Source of the DNA: Acidobacteriota bacterium
Lineage (GTDB): Bacteria > Acidobacteriota > UBA890 > WLXD01
Direction of reading: 5' to 3'
NCBI GenBank assembly: GCA_965248695.1
Contig: CBDFKD010000002.1
Coordinates: forward strand, 128,001 to 192,000
DNA length: 64,000 nucleotides
Every line of letters starts with the position of its first letter. The first letter of the stretch is position 1. The notes beneath the pieces are model-generated. The model had not been told where the DNA came from. It made no database searches and was given only the letters and a program-made list of their open reading frames with translations. Positions 9,085 to 23,463 of this stretch are shown piece by piece. A program made the translations under genes and the position numbers.

Positions 9085-11603
9085 CTAGCCCTGAATCGAA
9101 TCCACCAGCGCGGCGATCTCCGCGCTGCCAACAAGGGCTGCGAAGTCCGGCTCGGCGGTGATCAACGCGGCGTCGGAAAGCCCGTATTCCGCTGCCCGGC
9201 CCAGCCACTCGAGCGCAGCGCCGTGATCACCTCGCCTCGCCTCGAGGCGCGCGAGCTGATAGGTCGTATCCACCGTGTCCGGATGCGCCTCGCCGAGGAG
9301 ACGTAGCTCGATTTCGAGAGTTTGCCGATAAAGAGCATTGGCCTCATCGAACCGACGCTGATCGCGAAACAACGTCGCCAGGTTGTACATCGACCACTGC
9401 GTGCGGATGTGTTCCCCACCGAGGACATCGCGACGAAGCTCGAGGGTTTCTCGTAGCCACGGTTCGGCTTCGTCATAGCGACCATCCTTCTGATACGCCT
9501 CCCCCAGCAGGTTCATCGACTCCAACGTATCCGGATGTCCAGCGCCGAGCGTGCGCCTGGCTACCGCGATGCTGGGCGCCATGATCGCAGCGACCTCGTC
9601 GTAGCGCTCTCGATAAAAGAACGTCAGCGCCAGGACGTACTCCGTGGTCAGCGTGTAGCGGTGCTCCGCCCCGAGGATGCGCCGGCGCCCGTCAAGCGCC
9701 TCGCGAGCGCGAGACTCGGCCTCCTCATACCGACCGAGGCTGTTGTTCACCGATGCGAGATTGTGGATCAACGTAAGCGTCGCGGGGCGGTCCGCATCGT
9801 CGATGCGCCGCAACCCGGCCAGCGACTGGCGATACAGGCGGTCAGCATCCTCGAACCGCCCCTGATTCTGATTTACGGCCGCCAGGGTGTTGATTGCTCT
9901 CAGCGTGGCCTCGTGATCATCACCGACCACTCGGCGCAGGGTCTCGACGACGCCCTCCAAGCCCGCTGCAGCGTCGTCGTACCGACCCTGTCCACTCTGC
10001 GCCAGTGCCACATAGCGCATCGACTCCAGCGTTTCGAGGTGATCATCTCCCAGCGCGATCCGCTGCAGCTCCAGCGTCGCGGCCGCGAGCTGCTCGGCAA
10101 GCTCATAGCGCCCTCTCTCGACGTGAAGCGCTACCAGATCGGCCATCGAGGCAAGCGTCTCCGGCGCGTCTATCCCCAGCAGGTCGCGCCGCGACGACAG
10201 CGCCTGTTCCAAAAGCGGAACCGCCGACTCGTACAATCCTAGCCTGGAATACACATCGCCCATCGTCGCCATCAGCTGCGCTTGTGTCAGCGGCTGACCG
10301 CGCAGCTCGGTCGAGATCCGCGCCACACCCTGGTCGAGGATCTCTCGCGCCGTGATTGCGTTGCCCAGCGCCTCGCTCGGCGCCGAGACCTCGAACAACC
10401 CGGTCAGAAAGCTCGATACTTCGCGAGCCGTCTCGGCTTCGCGATTCGCCCGATCTCGCTCACGCGCGATGCGAGCGGTTTGCACGCCCATGGCGATCCC
10501 GAAGCCGATCAGCATGACGGTCAGCACGGCGGCGGCGGCAACGCCGATTCGGTGTCGGCGCGCGAACTTTCGCAGACGATATGCTGCGCTCGGCGGCGTC
10601 GCCTCGACCGGCTCGTCAGCCAGGTAGCGGCCGATGTCGGCAGACAGATCGGCCGGCGAGCCGTAGCGGCGCGAGCGATCCTTCGCCATCGCCTTCATGG
10701 TGATCCAGTCGAGATCCCCGCGTAGCTCGCCAACCAGCCGCATCGGATCGGTCTGGCGTCGAGCGGCGGCGGTGACCGACGCCTCACCCAGGCTGCTGAC
10801 GCGCGTGCTCGGCTTCGACGGCTCCTCGTCGCGGATGCGTCGATGGATCTCGAGCAGGCCGGCCTCGCGCAGCTCGCGCGGGTCGAACGGCAACGCCCCG
10901 ACGAGCAGCTCGTACAGCACGACCCCGAGCGCGTAGACATCTGTCCGCGTGTCGATGCCCTGTGGGCTCATCTCAGCCTGCTCAGGGCTCATGTACTCCG
11001 GGGTCCCGATCAGCTGACCGAGCTCGGTGAACACCGAGCGCTCAGTGAGCCGTTGAGCAGTTGCCTTGGCAACGCCGAAGTCGATGATCTTCGGAGCCGC
11101 TTCACCGTCGCGGATCGCCACCAGCACGTTGGACGGCTTGATGTCGCGGTGAATGATTGCTTTGTGGTGCGCATGCTGAACGCCATCGCATACGCGCTGC
11201 AGCAGCTCCAGTCGCTCCCTTACGCTCAGCCGATTGCGGTCGCAGTGCACGTTGATCGGGATTCCCTCAACGTACTCCATGACGAAGTACGGTCGCCCGG
11301 CCTCGGTTGCTCCGGCGTCGAACACCTTCGCGATACAGGGATGATCCATCATCGCCAGCGCCTGCCGCTCGGCCTCGAAGCGCGCCACCACCTGTTTAGT
11401 GTCCATGCCGTGCTTGATCGTCTTCAGCGCCACACGGCGGCGCACGGCGCCAGCTGTTCGGCCAGGTAGACGTCACCCATGCCGCCTTCGCCGAGCTTCT
11501 GCAGGATCCGGTAGGGTCCGATCGTTTCCGGGACCTCGAGCGGCGACGCCGAGGCCGCCGTCGGGTGATCGGGGGGCGCGGTCGGGTCCGTGGGGTCGGT
11601 CAT
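9085..11603 (-). pseudogene. Ser/Thr protein kinase with TM helix and TPR repeats; 1-bp frameshift at ~11445
   Basis: The N-terminal part IGPYRILQKLGEGGMGDVYLAEQLAP (ORF 11424..11636) continues in another frame as VRRRVALK...HRDIKPSN...DFG...GTPEYMSPE plus LG.DHP.TL-type TPRs. May be a sequencing error. Confidence 0.85.
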
Positions 11604-11769
11604 TGCTGGAGCCTGCGCAAGCCTGAGTTGTGTCATCGGGCGCCGGCGCTCATCTTACCCGCGCAACACACGGTGGCCGAAAGTAGCACGTCCCCGATGG
11701 CTGTCCCATCGACGACTAGTGGCCACTAGACTATGTCCTGGTGATGCGATGACCGACCCGGAGCGATCC

Positions 11770-13131
11770 ATGCGCCCACGACCCATCCTGCTCTGCGCCT
11801 CGTATCTGGCCTTGCTGCTGTGTCTGGCTGGCGACGCCGCCGCATGGAGCCGCCAGGGCCATATGGTCACTGCCGCGATCGCCTACCAGGAGCTGCGCCA
11901 ATCCGACCCGGCTGCGCTGCGTACCGTCGTCGAGCTACTCGAGCACCATCCGCATTTCGCCGACCAGCTGGCACCACCCCGGAGCTGGAACCTGGACGAC
12001 GAGGACCGCGAACAGGCCATCTTCATGCGCGCCGCGCGCTGGGCCGACGACATCCGCTCCGGACGCCACGAGAGCTATAGCCGGCCGACATGGCACTACG
12101 TCAACTATCACTATTCGCCACCGAACGAGCTGACGCCGCCGGCGGGAAGCGGCGACGGGGAGCTGCTCAACGCGCTGCGCGACAACACCGCGACGCTGGC
12201 TACGAGCGACCGCGCGGCGGACCGCGCCGTGGCGCTGACCTGGCTGTTTCACCTCGTCGGCGATATCCACCAACCACTGCACTCCGTTGCCCTTACCACC
12301 GAGCGTTACCCGGACGGTGATCGTGGCGGCAACCTCTTCTACATTCGCGCCCGACCGAACGCACGGACCATCAACCTGCATCAACTCTGGGACACGCTAG
12401 TCATCGGAACCGATCGCTTTCAAGAGGTCCGGAACCGAGCTGCGGAGATCCGCCAGCGCCGAGGCACGGGCACCAGAGACGGCACCGTGGGCCGGGATTT
12501 CGCGCGCTGGGCGTCGGAAGGGGCGCGCATTGCCGTCGAGCACGTGTACCTGAACGGGAAGTTGCGCGGCGGCACGCAGGAGGCCGGCGCGGTATTGCCC
12601 GCCGGATACCTCGAGGACATTCAGCCGATCGCCGAGCGGCGGGCAATGCTGGCCGGACACCGGCTGGCGCAACTGCTTCGGGGGACGCTTGCCGAACCTC
12701 GGCGACAAACGCCCCCGAACGATCTCGACGCCCTGGCGTTCATGGCCGGCTGCTGGGAAGGATCTTTCGGCGGCGGGCGCGGCACCATCTCGGAGCACTA
12801 CACGTCGCCCACGAAGAACCTTATCCTGGGCACGACGCGGTACATCCGCGACGGCACCGCGGTGCAATTCGAGTTCGCTCGTATTCAGGTAACGAACAAC
12901 AGCATCGTGCTGACGCCCTACCCGAACGGAAGGCAGTCGCCGAGCTCGTTCCGGCTGACCTCGTTGATCGATCGTCGGGCGATCTTCGAGGCGCCGGAGC
13001 ATGACTTCCCGAAGCGAATCGTCTACGCGGCCCAGGACGATGGGACGCTCAGAGCCCAGATCGACGGCGGAGCGGACGACGCTGAGCCTCGTGGCTGGCA
13101 CCTGAGACCGACGGCCTGCGACTCGCCATGA
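11770..13131 (+). CDS. Secreted S1/P1 nuclease fused to a C-terminal DUF6265-like domain
   Basis: Signal peptide then WSRQGH, WADDIR, WHYVN, HLVGDIHQPLH, DRGGN and NLHQLWD; the C-terminal ~135 aa contain LAFMAGCWEG...FEAPEHDFPKRIVY. Confidence 0.85.
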   Translation: MRPRPILLCASYLALLLCLAGDAAAWSRQGHMVTAAIAYQELRQSDPAALRTVVELLEHHPHFADQLAPPRSWNLDDEDREQAIFMRAARWADDIRSGRHESYSRPTWHYVNYHYSPPNELTPPAGSGDGELLNALRDNTATLATSDRAADRAVALTWLFHLVGDIHQPLHSVALTTERYPDGDRGGNLFYIRARPNARTINLHQLWDTLVIGTDRFQEVRNRAAEIRQRRGTGTRDGTVGRDFARWASEGARIAVEHVYLNGKLRGGTQEAGAVLPAGYLEDIQPIAERRAMLAGHRLAQLLRGTLAEPRRQTPPNDLDALAFMAGCWEGSFGGGRGTISEHYTSPTKNLILGTTRYIRDGTAVQFEFARIQVTNNSIVLTPYPNGRQSPSSFRLTSLIDRRAIFEAPEHDFPKRIVYAAQDDGTLRAQIDGGADDAEPRGWHLRPTACDSP

Positions 13132-13149
13132 CAACCAGGCGGGCCGCGA

Positions 13150-16100
13150 TCAGGCCGGTCGTCCGAGATATGCGCGCAACTGCGGCGGCACGCTTCGCCG
13201 CACCAGGGCGCTCTGCAGCCGCCAACGGACATCGGGTTCCTCGTCGACCAGGAAGCGGACCTCACCTGCTTCGCGAACCGCCACCGGCACACCCGCCTGA
13301 TAGAGCACGCGGTTGTCGGCAATCGCGGTAACACGGCCACCCGGCGTAATGATGCCGACAAGGTTGAGGGGGTCGGCGGCGCTCAGCGAGACCAGGGCTT
13401 TATCCTCAGCTCGTCGAATCTTCCGGAGCCTTCCGACGGCCTCGGGCAGCGCGAACTGCTCGCCCTGGAATCCGGCCACGAAACGGCCTCCACGGATTTC
13501 ACCGCGCGCCTCCAGGCGACGATAGACGCGTACCAGGTCGCGCCACGGCGGCGCAGTACCCTCGCGCGTCAACAGCCGGCGGAAGACCACCCCGTAACGC
13601 CGTAGATAGAGTCGCGCGGCTCCCTCGATAGCCTCGACAGTGAGTCGGTGTCCGGTGTCGGCCACGCCGCCCCCCGGGCTGGCGTCACCGTCCGCCGCGC
13701 CGTCGACCGACACAGCGCCGATGCGTGTCCGGGCCAGTGACCACCGGCCGGCGTTCTCCATACCGAAGATCGCGGTCCGACCGCGCCGCTTCCCACCCTT
13801 GATCGGGCGGCGGCGGCTCGACGGCACCAGCAAGGCGCGCAGGCCGATGAAAGAATCCGCCGTCACCAGACCCCAGGCCGCAAGCTCGCCGAGGGGCTCT
13901 TCCAGCTGACTGTCGAGCTGTCCGGTAGCACGAGCGAGGTCGCCGAAGAAGCTGGCACCGTCGCGCTGCAGCGCAGCGAGCGTGTCTCGGGCGGCAGCCG
14001 ACAACGACAGCCCCTCCGGGTCGGCGCCCGGCGCCAGCTCTTCCCACAGATCGAGGCTACCGCGAGTCAGCAACGCAATCGGCGTGCTGCGGTTCGGTCC
14101 CGATCGCGGGTTGGCGCGTGGCCCTCGCCCCGGTGGCGTGAGCCTCCCCCAGGCGACGCGACCGGACAAGCACAGCGTGTCGAGCCACACTGGATCGTAC
14201 TGCAGCAATCGGGCCGGCAGGATCTCCGACTCCCAGGCGGCGGCCGGTGCCTCGAACCCCTCGAGCTGCTCCACGAGTGCGCCGAGGCTGTCGGGGCCTT
14301 CGGCCTGCTCGCCGGGCGCGACACGCTGCCAGGCGAACAGGAAGCGCATGAAATCACGCGCCATCACGGGCTCAATCTCGGCCCGCAGTCGGTTGAGCGT
14401 GTATCGATGGATCCGCGACAACAGTCGCCGCTCACACCATTCCGTGGTTTCCAGGCCGGCGGAAAAACGACCGCGGAAGGCGAACCCTTCGGCCTCGAGG
14501 CCGAGCAGCGCGGCATCGATTCGACGCTCGTCCAGTCGCAGTGAATCGGCCAGTTGCGCGACGGTCACCGGGCCGAGCGCCTGGAGCCGTCCCCGAACGA
14601 TCTCGATCAGCGCCTCTTCCGCCGTCCACTCCCGGCGGGAGGCGCGCGCCGGCGCCGAGATCCTCGGGACCATGTCCCATTCAGGCGCCAGCGACCCTAG
14701 CATGGCGTCAAAGAGCGGCAGCCGCTCCGCCGCCGCCCAAATCCGACGTCCATCCTCGGCGTCGTCACCGGATCCACCGAGGATCAGCGTCGTGGCGCGC
14801 CGGTCGCGCACGAGGGTCTCGAAGTGCTCGGTCCACTCGATGCCCTCCGACTGGGCGATGAATCCGTGCAGCAGCAGCGCGTCGTGGAGCTCGTCGGGCC
14901 CTTCGGCAGCGGGCCAGGCCTCGCTTCGAACGCGGTCGATCGCCGCTTGATCGAGGGCGGACAGATCGTCAGCCGATTGCGGATCCGCCAAATGGCGGGT
15001 CTGGATCGCCAGCGTCCGACGCTCCTCGAGCGGCGCGTCGTCGAGGAAGGCGTAGGGCTTGGCGGAGATGATCTCGTGGGCCAACGGCGACGGCTCGCGC
15101 ACGTCGCGCGCCGATAGCTTCTTGTGCCCGCCGACGATCTGGTCCAGCAACGACTTGAACTCATCGAAGTCCATCGCTTCCTGAAGGCAATCACGGATCG
15201 TCTGCTCGATGAGCGGGTGGTCCGGCACCTCACGGGCGCCCTGGATGTTCTCTAGGCAGGCGAGGGAGTCAGGGAAGATCACCGCCAGCAGGTCCTCGGC
15301 ATCCATCCGCTGTAGGGCCGGTGCCAGTCGCTTGCCGCCCACCCATCGCTTCACCGCCAGCGAGCGCGCCGCGTTCCAGCGCCAACGAACCGGGAACATG
15401 GGTGCGTCGAGAAACGCCTGTACCAGCTTGTCGCGCACACTTCCGGGCTGCAGGTATTGGAAGACCTCCTCGAGCGGAAAGCTGTGTGTCGGCCCGAGCG
15501 ACAGGATCAGCGCATCGTCGCTAGCGGCGGCTTGGAGCTCGAAGTTGAAGGTCCGACAGAACACCTTGCGCAACGCCAGGCCCCAAGCACGATTGACCCG
15601 CATTCCGAAGGGCGAATGCACCACGACGTGCATGTCGCCGGCCTCGTCGAAGAAGCGCTCCATGACGATGTTGTCGCGCGTCGGCATCGAGGCCAGCGCC
15701 GTCCGCGACGCCGCCAGGTACTCGACTGCCGCTCGGGCCGCGACCTCGCCGATTCCGACCTCGTCGCGGAGCCATTCGATCGCCGTGTTCAGGGAGCCGA
15801 GATCGAGCTCGTCGCCGACCGGTCCCAGCCTGACATCGATCTCGGTGCGCAAGCGCGATACCGCCTCCGACAGCTCCTTGGTGCGACCCGGCGCCTCGCC
15901 CAGCCAGAACGGTAGGTTGGGAGGCTGTCCCCTGGCATCCTCGACACGCACAGTGCCGGTCTCGACGCGCAAGATTCGCCAGGAGGTATTGCCGAGCTGG
16001 AAGATATCTCCCGGCAGGCTCTCGATGGCGAAGTCCTCGTCCAATGTCCCGACCTGCAGGCCCTGCGGTTCCTGCAGAACCTTGAACTCGAAGGCGTCCG

Positions 16101-17598
16101 GTATCGCCCCACCACACGTGATCGCCGCCAGCCGGGCACCGCGACGACCGCGAACCCGACCGTTCACCGCATCCAGATGCAGGTAGCGTCCACGACGCCC
16201 GCGCCGCGTGCTGAATCCCTCGGCAAGCATGTCGATGGTGCTGTCGAACTCCTTCCGCGAGAGATCACGAAACGGGTAGGCACCGGTGACGAGGTCGAAC
16301 AGCGCCGCCTCCGACCAGTCCTCCGCTGCAGCAGCGGCGACGATCTGCTGCGCCAGAATATCGAGCGGCTTGTCAGGCACCACCAGCCGATCTAGCTCGC
16401 CGCGCCGTGCAGCGTCAATCGCCGCGATGCACTCGACAAGATCGTCACGCGACAACGGGAACAGCCTGCCCTTGGGAACGCCACCGACGTGGTGGCTGGC
16501 TCTTCCGACACGCTGCAGCAGCGTGTTGATCGCCCGCGGCGAGCCCATCTGGACGACCAGGTCAATCGCACCGATGTCGATGCCGAGCTCCAGCGACGCC
16601 GTCGCTACCAGCGCCGAAAGGCTGCCCTCCTTGAGACGCGTCTCGGCATCGAGGCGCTGCTCCGTTGAAAGCGAGCCATGGTGTGAGGTCACCTCGCCCT
16701 CACCAACCCGATCGCTCAGGTGCTTCGCCATGCGCTCCGCCATGCGTCGCGTGTTGACGAAGATGAGCGTCGTGCGGTGCTCGCCGATGAGCGCCGCGAG
16801 GCGATCGTAGATCTCCTCCCACACCTCGCCCGCCATGACCGCCTCGAGCGGCGACCTTGGCATCTCGATCGCCAGATCCATGTCTCGAAGGCCGACGGCG
16901 TCGATCACCTCGCAGTCGGGGAGACCCTGAGCGTCGACGTGTCGTTGTCCGACCAGGAACCGTGCCACTTCCTCGATCGGCTTCTGGGTCGCCGACAGTC
17001 CGATGCGCAACAGCGGGCCAGCGACCAGCGCCTCGAGGCGCTCGAGCGAGAGCGCCAAGTGCGAACCGCGCTTATCGTCGGCGACAGCGTGAATCTCGTC
17101 GACGATGACGGTCTTGACGCGCGACAGCATGCCCCGCCCGCCGTCTGAGGTAAGCAGCAGGTAGAGCGACTCGGGGGTGGTCACCAGGATGTGCGGTGGT
17201 GTCTTGAGCATCCGCTGCCGCTCCGACGAAGGCGTGTCGCCGCTACGCACAGCGGTACGTACTTCGGGGCTCGGCAGCCCGCGATCCATCAACTCGTAGG
17301 CGATGCCCTCCAGCGGCAGCCGCAGGTTCTTGCGCACATCGTTGGACAACGCTTTCAGCGGCGATACGTAGACCACCTGGGTAGCGTCTTCGAGGCTACC
17401 GTCGAGACCCTGGCGCACGAGATCGTCAATGGCGGCGAGGAAGGCGGCCAGTGTCTTGCCCGAGCCGGTGGGGGCGGCGATGAGGGTGTGGCGGCCGGCC
17501 TGGATCGCGGGCCAGCCGCGTTGCTGCGGCTCGGTGGGCGTATCGAACGTGCGTCGAAACCAGGCCTCTACGGCCGGGTGAAAGTTCTGCAGCGTCAT
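13150..17598 (-). CDS. lhr: Lhr-family ATP-dependent helicase (long form)
   Basis: [45 protein letters not shown], and the C-terminal [17 protein letters not shown] motif. Confidence 0.93.
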   Translation of the reverse strand: MTLQNFHPAVEAWFRRTFDTPTEPQQRGWPAIQAGRHTLIAAPTGSGKTLAAFLAAIDDLVRQGLDGSLEDATQVVYVSPLKALSNDVRKNLRLPLEGIAYELMDRGLPSPEVRTAVRSGDTPSSERQRMLKTPPHILVTTPESLYLLLTSDGGRGMLSRVKTVIVDEIHAVADDKRGSHLALSLERLEALVAGPLLRIGLSATQKPIEEVARFLVGQRHVDAQGLPDCEVIDAVGLRDMDLAIEMPRSPLEAVMAGEVWEEIYDRLAALIGEHRTTLIFVNTRRMAERMAKHLSDRVGEGEVTSHHGSLSTEQRLDAETRLKEGSLSALVATASLELGIDIGAIDLVVQMGSPRAINTLLQRVGRASHHVGGVPKGRLFPLSRDDLVECIAAIDAARRGELDRLVVPDKPLDILAQQIVAAAAAEDWSEAALFDLVTGAYPFRDLSRKEFDSTIDMLAEGFSTRRGRRGRYLHLDAVNGRVRGRRGARLAAITCGGAIPDAFEFKVLQEPQGLQVGTLDEDFAIESLPGDIFQLGNTSWRILRVETGTVRVEDARGQPPNLPFWLGEAPGRTKELSEAVSRLRTEIDVRLGPVGDELDLGSLNTAIEWLRDEVGIGEVAARAAVEYLAASRTALASMPTRDNIVMERFFDEAGDMHVVVHSPFGMRVNRAWGLALRKVFCRTFNFELQAAASDDALILSLGPTHSFPLEEVFQYLQPGSVRDKLVQAFLDAPMFPVRWRWNAARSLAVKRWVGGKRLAPALQRMDAEDLLAVIFPDSLACLENIQGAREVPDHPLIEQTIRDCLQEAMDFDEFKSLLDQIVGGHKKLSARDVREPSPLAHEIISAKPYAFLDDAPLEERRTLAIQTRHLADPQSADDLSALDQAAIDRVRSEAWPAAEGPDELHDALLLHGFIAQSEGIEWTEHFETLVRDRRATTLILGGSGDDAEDGRRIWAAAERLPLFDAMLGSLAPEWDMVPRISAPARASRREWTAEEALIEIVRGRLQALGPVTVAQLADSLRLDERRIDAALLGLEAEGFAFRGRFSAGLETTEWCERRLLSRIHRYTLNRLRAEIEPVMARDFMRFLFAWQRVAPGEQAEGPDSLGALVEQLEGFEAPAAAWESEILPARLLQYDPVWLDTLCLSGRVAWGRLTPPGRGPRANPRSGPNRSTPIALLTRGSLDLWEELAPGADPEGLSLSAAARDTLAALQRDGASFFGDLARATGQLDSQLEEPLGELAAWGLVTADSFIGLRALLVPSSRRRPIKGGKRRGRTAIFGMENAGRWSLARTRIGAVSVDGAADGDASPGGGVADTGHRLTVEAIEGAARLYLRRYGVVFRRLLTREGTAPPWRDLVRVYRRLEARGEIRGGRFVAGFQGEQFALPEAVGRLRKIRRAEDKALVSLSAADPLNLVGIITPGGRVTAIADNRVLYQAGVPVAVREAGEVRFLVDEEPDVRWRLQSALVRRSVPPQLRAYLGRPA

Positions 17599-17754
17599 CG
17601 CCGAAGTATATGCTTTGGGCCGCCGCGGTCCCCGGCAGCTCGCCGGGCCACACGGCCAGACCGCGGTACAGTGCGGCCGTCCGCCGCCCGAGTCGTCTGA
17701 AGCGACCGCACGGCGCGCCCTCAGCACACCAAGCTACCGCTCCCGGAGCCGATC

Positions 17755-19388
<1,634 letters not shown>

Positions 19389-19392
<4 letters not shown>

Positions 19393-20312
19393 GGCCTGTC
19401 GCTGCCGGCACGCATCTGATCGACGTGCACTTTCGTGGCCGCCCGGAGTATCTCGGCTGCTACGTTGTCGAGGCCGGTGCCGGCGTCATCCTGGTGGATC
19501 CTGGCCCGTCGTCGTCGCTGGCTGAGCTAGAGGACGGACTGCGGCTCGGTGGTCTGTCGATCGACAACGTGAGCACGATTCTTCTGACCCACATTCACCT
19601 CGACCACGCCGGAGCCACGGGCACGCTGGTGGCGCGAAATCCGTCCATCCGCGTCTACGTGCACCAGCGCGGCGCTCGGCACATGATCGATCCGGAGCGA
19701 CTGCTGGCCAGCGCCGGACGTCTCTACGGAGATCGGATGGACGAGCTGTGGGGCCCTTTCGTGGCGGTTCCCGCGGGAAACGTCGCAACGGTGGAAGGTG
19801 GCGAGACCATCAGTGTCGGAGGCCGCGGACTGCTCGTCGAGCACACCCCAGGGCACGCAAAGCACCATGTGAGCTACTTCGACCCCGGCACCGGCGTCGC
19901 CTACGTCGGCGACGCGCTCGGCGTCCGCATCGACAACCGTCCCTACGTCATTCCGGCGACCCCCCCACCGGACGTCGATCTGACCGGCTGGGCGGAGGCC
20001 ACCGCCAGGATCCGCGCCTGGAACCCGACCCTGCTGTGTCCGACGCATTTCGGCCCGGCGCGCCCCGTGGAACAGCACATCGATGAGCATGAGCGGCGAC
20101 TGGCGGACTGGGCCGCGATCGTCCGGGCCGATCTGGACTCCGGTACCGACGACGAGGCGTGTGCGGCGCGCTTTCGCCAGCGAGTAAACAACGACCTCGA
20201 GGCGGCGCTGCCAGGCGACGCCGATACCTACATTGCCAACAGCGCGGCAACCGACTCCTGGTGGGGATTGGCGCGCTACTTTCGCAAGCTCGCAGAAGGC
20301 AGCTCGCGGTGA
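19389..20312 (+). CDS. MBL-fold metallo-hydrolase
   Basis: THIHLDHAG, TPGHAKHH, GD and PTHFG; the GTG start overlaps the upstream stop codon. Confidence 0.9.
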
Positions 20313-22132
20313 GCCAGGGGCGGTTGCGGGCGACGGTTCCGGCGTCACGCGTACTGCTGACGATCGCCGTGGCGCTGTTCGTTCCCATCGGCGGGTCCGT
20401 CGGGGCGCCCGCGAGGTCACCGCTCCGCGCTGACTCGGGAGATGCAGAATCGGCGCTCGCTTCGCTGATCGAAGAGGTGGTCGCGTTTCGTGGCGCCGAC
20501 CGCAGCCTGCCGCTTCCCGAGGGGGCAGATTCGCGCTACGAGAACCGTCTCGACGGTGTCTCGCTGGTGCGATTCGACGAAGAGCTGGCCACGACGCAGA
20601 GCTTCCGCCAACGGCTGAGCGACATCGATCTGGACGAGCTGGAGTCGGACACCGCGATAGACGCGCGCATCCTCTCCATCCAGCTACGCGACCGCGCCAA
20701 CGAGTTGATCCACCGTGGGCACCTTATGCCCATTGGCAGCCGCTACGGGTTTCATTTCGGCTTCGCCGGCGCCCCCGAAAGCGACACGTTCCGCGACGTC
20801 GAGAACTACGATCGCTACGTCGCGCGACTGCAATCGTTCGGGGCCCATGCACACGGCCAGATCGCGCTGATGCGCGCCGGCATCGCCGCCGGACTGGTCC
20901 TCCCGTCTGCCGTCCTGACGGGATACGAGAGCACCGCGAGCGTGCATCTGGCGGACCATCCGCGCCAGAGCGGCTTCTGGTCGCCCTTCGAGCGCATGCC
21001 CGACTCGATCGACCCTGCAGATCGCCAGCGCCTGAGCCGCGACGGCGAAGCGGCGATTGTCGACTCGGTAATCCCGGGCTACCGGGCACTGTTCGAGTTC
21101 CTGCGCGACGAGTACGTCCCCGCCGGCCGCGCCACGCTCGGGGTCACGGACTTGCCCGGAGGGCGCTCCTATTACGCCCATCGGGTGCACATGTACACCA
21201 CCCTCGACCTGACGCCGCGCGAGGTGCACGAAATCGGCCTCCAGGGCGTTGCCACGATCCTCGCAGCGATGGAAACGATCATGGGCGAGGTCGGCTTTAC
21301 GGGAAGCCATCTGCAGTTCGTCGAGCATCTGCGGACCGAGCCGCGCTTCTATGTCGACACGGAGCGTGACTATCTCGCCGCCGTAGCCTACGCCGCAAAG
21401 CAAATGGAGGGCCATCTACCCGAGCTCTTCGGATTGCTGCCGCGGACACCCTACGGTGTGCGCGCGATTCCGGCACATGTGGCCCCGCGTCACTCGGCTG
21501 GCTACTACGACCGCGGCGACGACGACGGAACGCGCGCCGGCTGGATCAACATCAATACGTCCCAGCTGACCAGCAGGCCGCTATTCGTAGCCCGTGCGCT
21601 CGCATACCACGAGGGCGTTCCGGGTCATCACCTGCAGATCATGCTCACACGCGAGAACGAGCTTCTGTCCGACTTTCGGCGCAGCTCCGGCATCACCGTG
21701 TTCACCGAGGGCTGGGGCCTGTATGCGGAGAAGCTCGGCATGGAGGTAGGCCTCTACGAGGATCCCTACGATCGTTTCGGTATGTGGAGCTATCAGATCT
21801 GGCGCGCCTGTCGGCTAGTCGTCGATACCGGGATGCACGCCCTCGGCTGGACGCGGGCGGAGGCAATCGCCTACATGGCCGAGCACACCGGGATGGCACT
21901 CGATACGGTCACCGCGGAGATCGATCGGCACATAACCGAACCCGGCCAGGGACTCGCATACACCTTCGGCGAGTTGAAGATCACCGAGCTGCGGCAGCGC
22001 GCCAGTGAGCGCCTTGGCGACCGGTTCGACCTGCGCGCATTCCACGACGTGGTGCTGGGAAACGGCGCCCTACCGCTGTCCATTCTCGAGGAGGTCGTCG
22101 TGGCCTGGATCGAGGAGACACCCGGAGCATGA
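20309..22132 (+). CDS. DUF885-family secreted protein (putative metallopeptidase)
   Basis: HEGVPGHHLQ, EGWGLYAE, RACRLVVDTGMH, EIDR..PGQ and FHDVVL. Confidence 0.9.
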   Translation: MSQGRLRATVPASRVLLTIAVALFVPIGGSVGAPARSPLRADSGDAESALASLIEEVVAFRGADRSLPLPEGADSRYENRLDGVSLVRFDEELATTQSFRQRLSDIDLDELESDTAIDARILSIQLRDRANELIHRGHLMPIGSRYGFHFGFAGAPESDTFRDVENYDRYVARLQSFGAHAHGQIALMRAGIAAGLVLPSAVLTGYESTASVHLADHPRQSGFWSPFERMPDSIDPADRQRLSRDGEAAIVDSVIPGYRALFEFLRDEYVPAGRATLGVTDLPGGRSYYAHRVHMYTTLDLTPREVHEIGLQGVATILAAMETIMGEVGFTGSHLQFVEHLRTEPRFYVDTERDYLAAVAYAAKQMEGHLPELFGLLPRTPYGVRAIPAHVAPRHSAGYYDRGDDDGTRAGWININTSQLTSRPLFVARALAYHEGVPGHHLQIMLTRENELLSDFRRSSGITVFTEGWGLYAEKLGMEVGLYEDPYDRFGMWSYQIWRACRLVVDTGMHALGWTRAEAIAYMAEHTGMALDTVTAEIDRHITEPGQGLAYTFGELKITELRQRASERLGDRFDLRAFHDVVLGNGALPLSILEEVVVAWIEETPGA

Positions 22133-22133
22133 C

Positions 22134-23417
22134 GTGATTGAACCCGAGACACCGACCGACGACCGCGACCGGCTACGCGCGCTCTGGGCGCTGGAGATTC
22201 TCGACACCCCGACCGAAGAGCGCTACGACCGTATCGTCAGGGTGGCCGGACTGACCCTCGAGATGCCCATCGCCTATCTGTCGTTCGTCGACGAGAACCG
22301 TCAGTGGCTAAAGGCGAACATCGGCATGCCGCTTCGCGAGACAGATCGAGATATCTCGTTCTGCGGCCACACCATCCTGGGAGATCGTCCGTTGGTCATA
22401 CCCGACGTGGCGAAAGATGCGCGGTTTCACGACAATCCGATGGTGGTCGGAGATCCCTTCATTCGCTTCTATGCAGGCATACCGTTACGAAGCGCCGACG
22501 GACACAACGTAGGCACGCTCTGCGTCGCCGATCGTCAGCCCCGTAGCTTGTCGGACACTTCGTTGGAGCTTCTCGCGGAGCTCGCCGCGCTTATCGAGCG
22601 GGAGTTGCAACTGGTCGAAGTGATCGACGCGCAACACCGCTTGCTCGAGATCCAGACGACGCTGGCCGAGACTCGCCAGCATATGGCCGAGGAGCTTGCG
22701 AAGGCGGCAGGCTACGTGCGCGGGTTGCTACCGGCGCCCTCCGACGGCGACATCCGCGCTGACTGGCGCCACCTGCCATCCGCCCAGCTGGGCGGTGACA
22801 TCTTCGACTACTACGCGCTCGACGATCACCGGACGGCGATGTACCTGCTCGACGTCGCCGGGCACGGAGTCGGATCGGCGCTGCTGTCGGTCTCGGTGAT
22901 GAGCGTCGTGCGGTCACGGTCGCTCCAGCGAGCTGATTTCGCCGAGCCCGCCGAGGTTCTCGCCGGTCTGAATCGCGAGTTCCGCATGACGGAGCACGAC
23001 AACAAGTTCTTCACCATGTGGTACGGCGTCTACGACGCCCGGACGCAGACACTCACCTACGCCAACGGCGGACATCCGCCTCCGCTCCTGATCACCGACC
23101 GGGCCAGCGGTGGCAACGTGGTGAAGCTGCAGGACTCCGGCCTGATTGTCGGAGCGCTGCCGGACGCTAGCTACGCGTCGAGCACACTGCCGATAGCGGA
23201 GCCGTCATCGCTATACCTGTTCAGCGACGGCGTCTACGAGATTTTCCCGTCCGGGGACGACGACTGTGAGCACATGCTCGGCTACGACGGGTTCGCCGAG
23301 ATACTCACGTCGCAGGGGGGCGCCGACTTGGACGCGACCATCGGGCGTCTACGCGAGTACGGTGGCGGCGGCCCGTTCGACGACGACGTGTCGATCTTGC
23401 ACCTGCGGCTCGGTTAG
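22134..23417 (+). CDS. GAF domain + SpoIIE/RsbU-type PP2C phosphatase
   Basis: GAF (RDISFCGHTI...RFYAG...GTLC) followed by LGGDIFD, DVAGHG, NGGHPPP, SDG and DDVS. Confidence 0.9.
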   Translation: MIEPETPTDDRDRLRALWALEILDTPTEERYDRIVRVAGLTLEMPIAYLSFVDENRQWLKANIGMPLRETDRDISFCGHTILGDRPLVIPDVAKDARFHDNPMVVGDPFIRFYAGIPLRSADGHNVGTLCVADRQPRSLSDTSLELLAELAALIERELQLVEVIDAQHRLLEIQTTLAETRQHMAEELAKAAGYVRGLLPAPSDGDIRADWRHLPSAQLGGDIFDYYALDDHRTAMYLLDVAGHGVGSALLSVSVMSVVRSRSLQRADFAEPAEVLAGLNREFRMTEHDNKFFTMWYGVYDARTQTLTYANGGHPPPLLITDRASGGNVVKLQDSGLIVGALPDASYASSTLPIAEPSSLYLFSDGVYEIFPSGDDDCEHMLGYDGFAEILTSQGGADLDATIGRLREYGGGGPFDDDVSILHLRLG

Positions 23418-23463
23418 CGTCTTGACCGGCGCCGTGGCCGGGCACGGAGCTCCGAGCGCGAGG

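Noticed and set aside
11770-17598. S1/P1 nuclease + Lhr helicase as a nuclease-helicase defence or repair system
   Set aside because: The genes are convergent and the nuclease has a signal peptide, so the two proteins are probably in different compartments.
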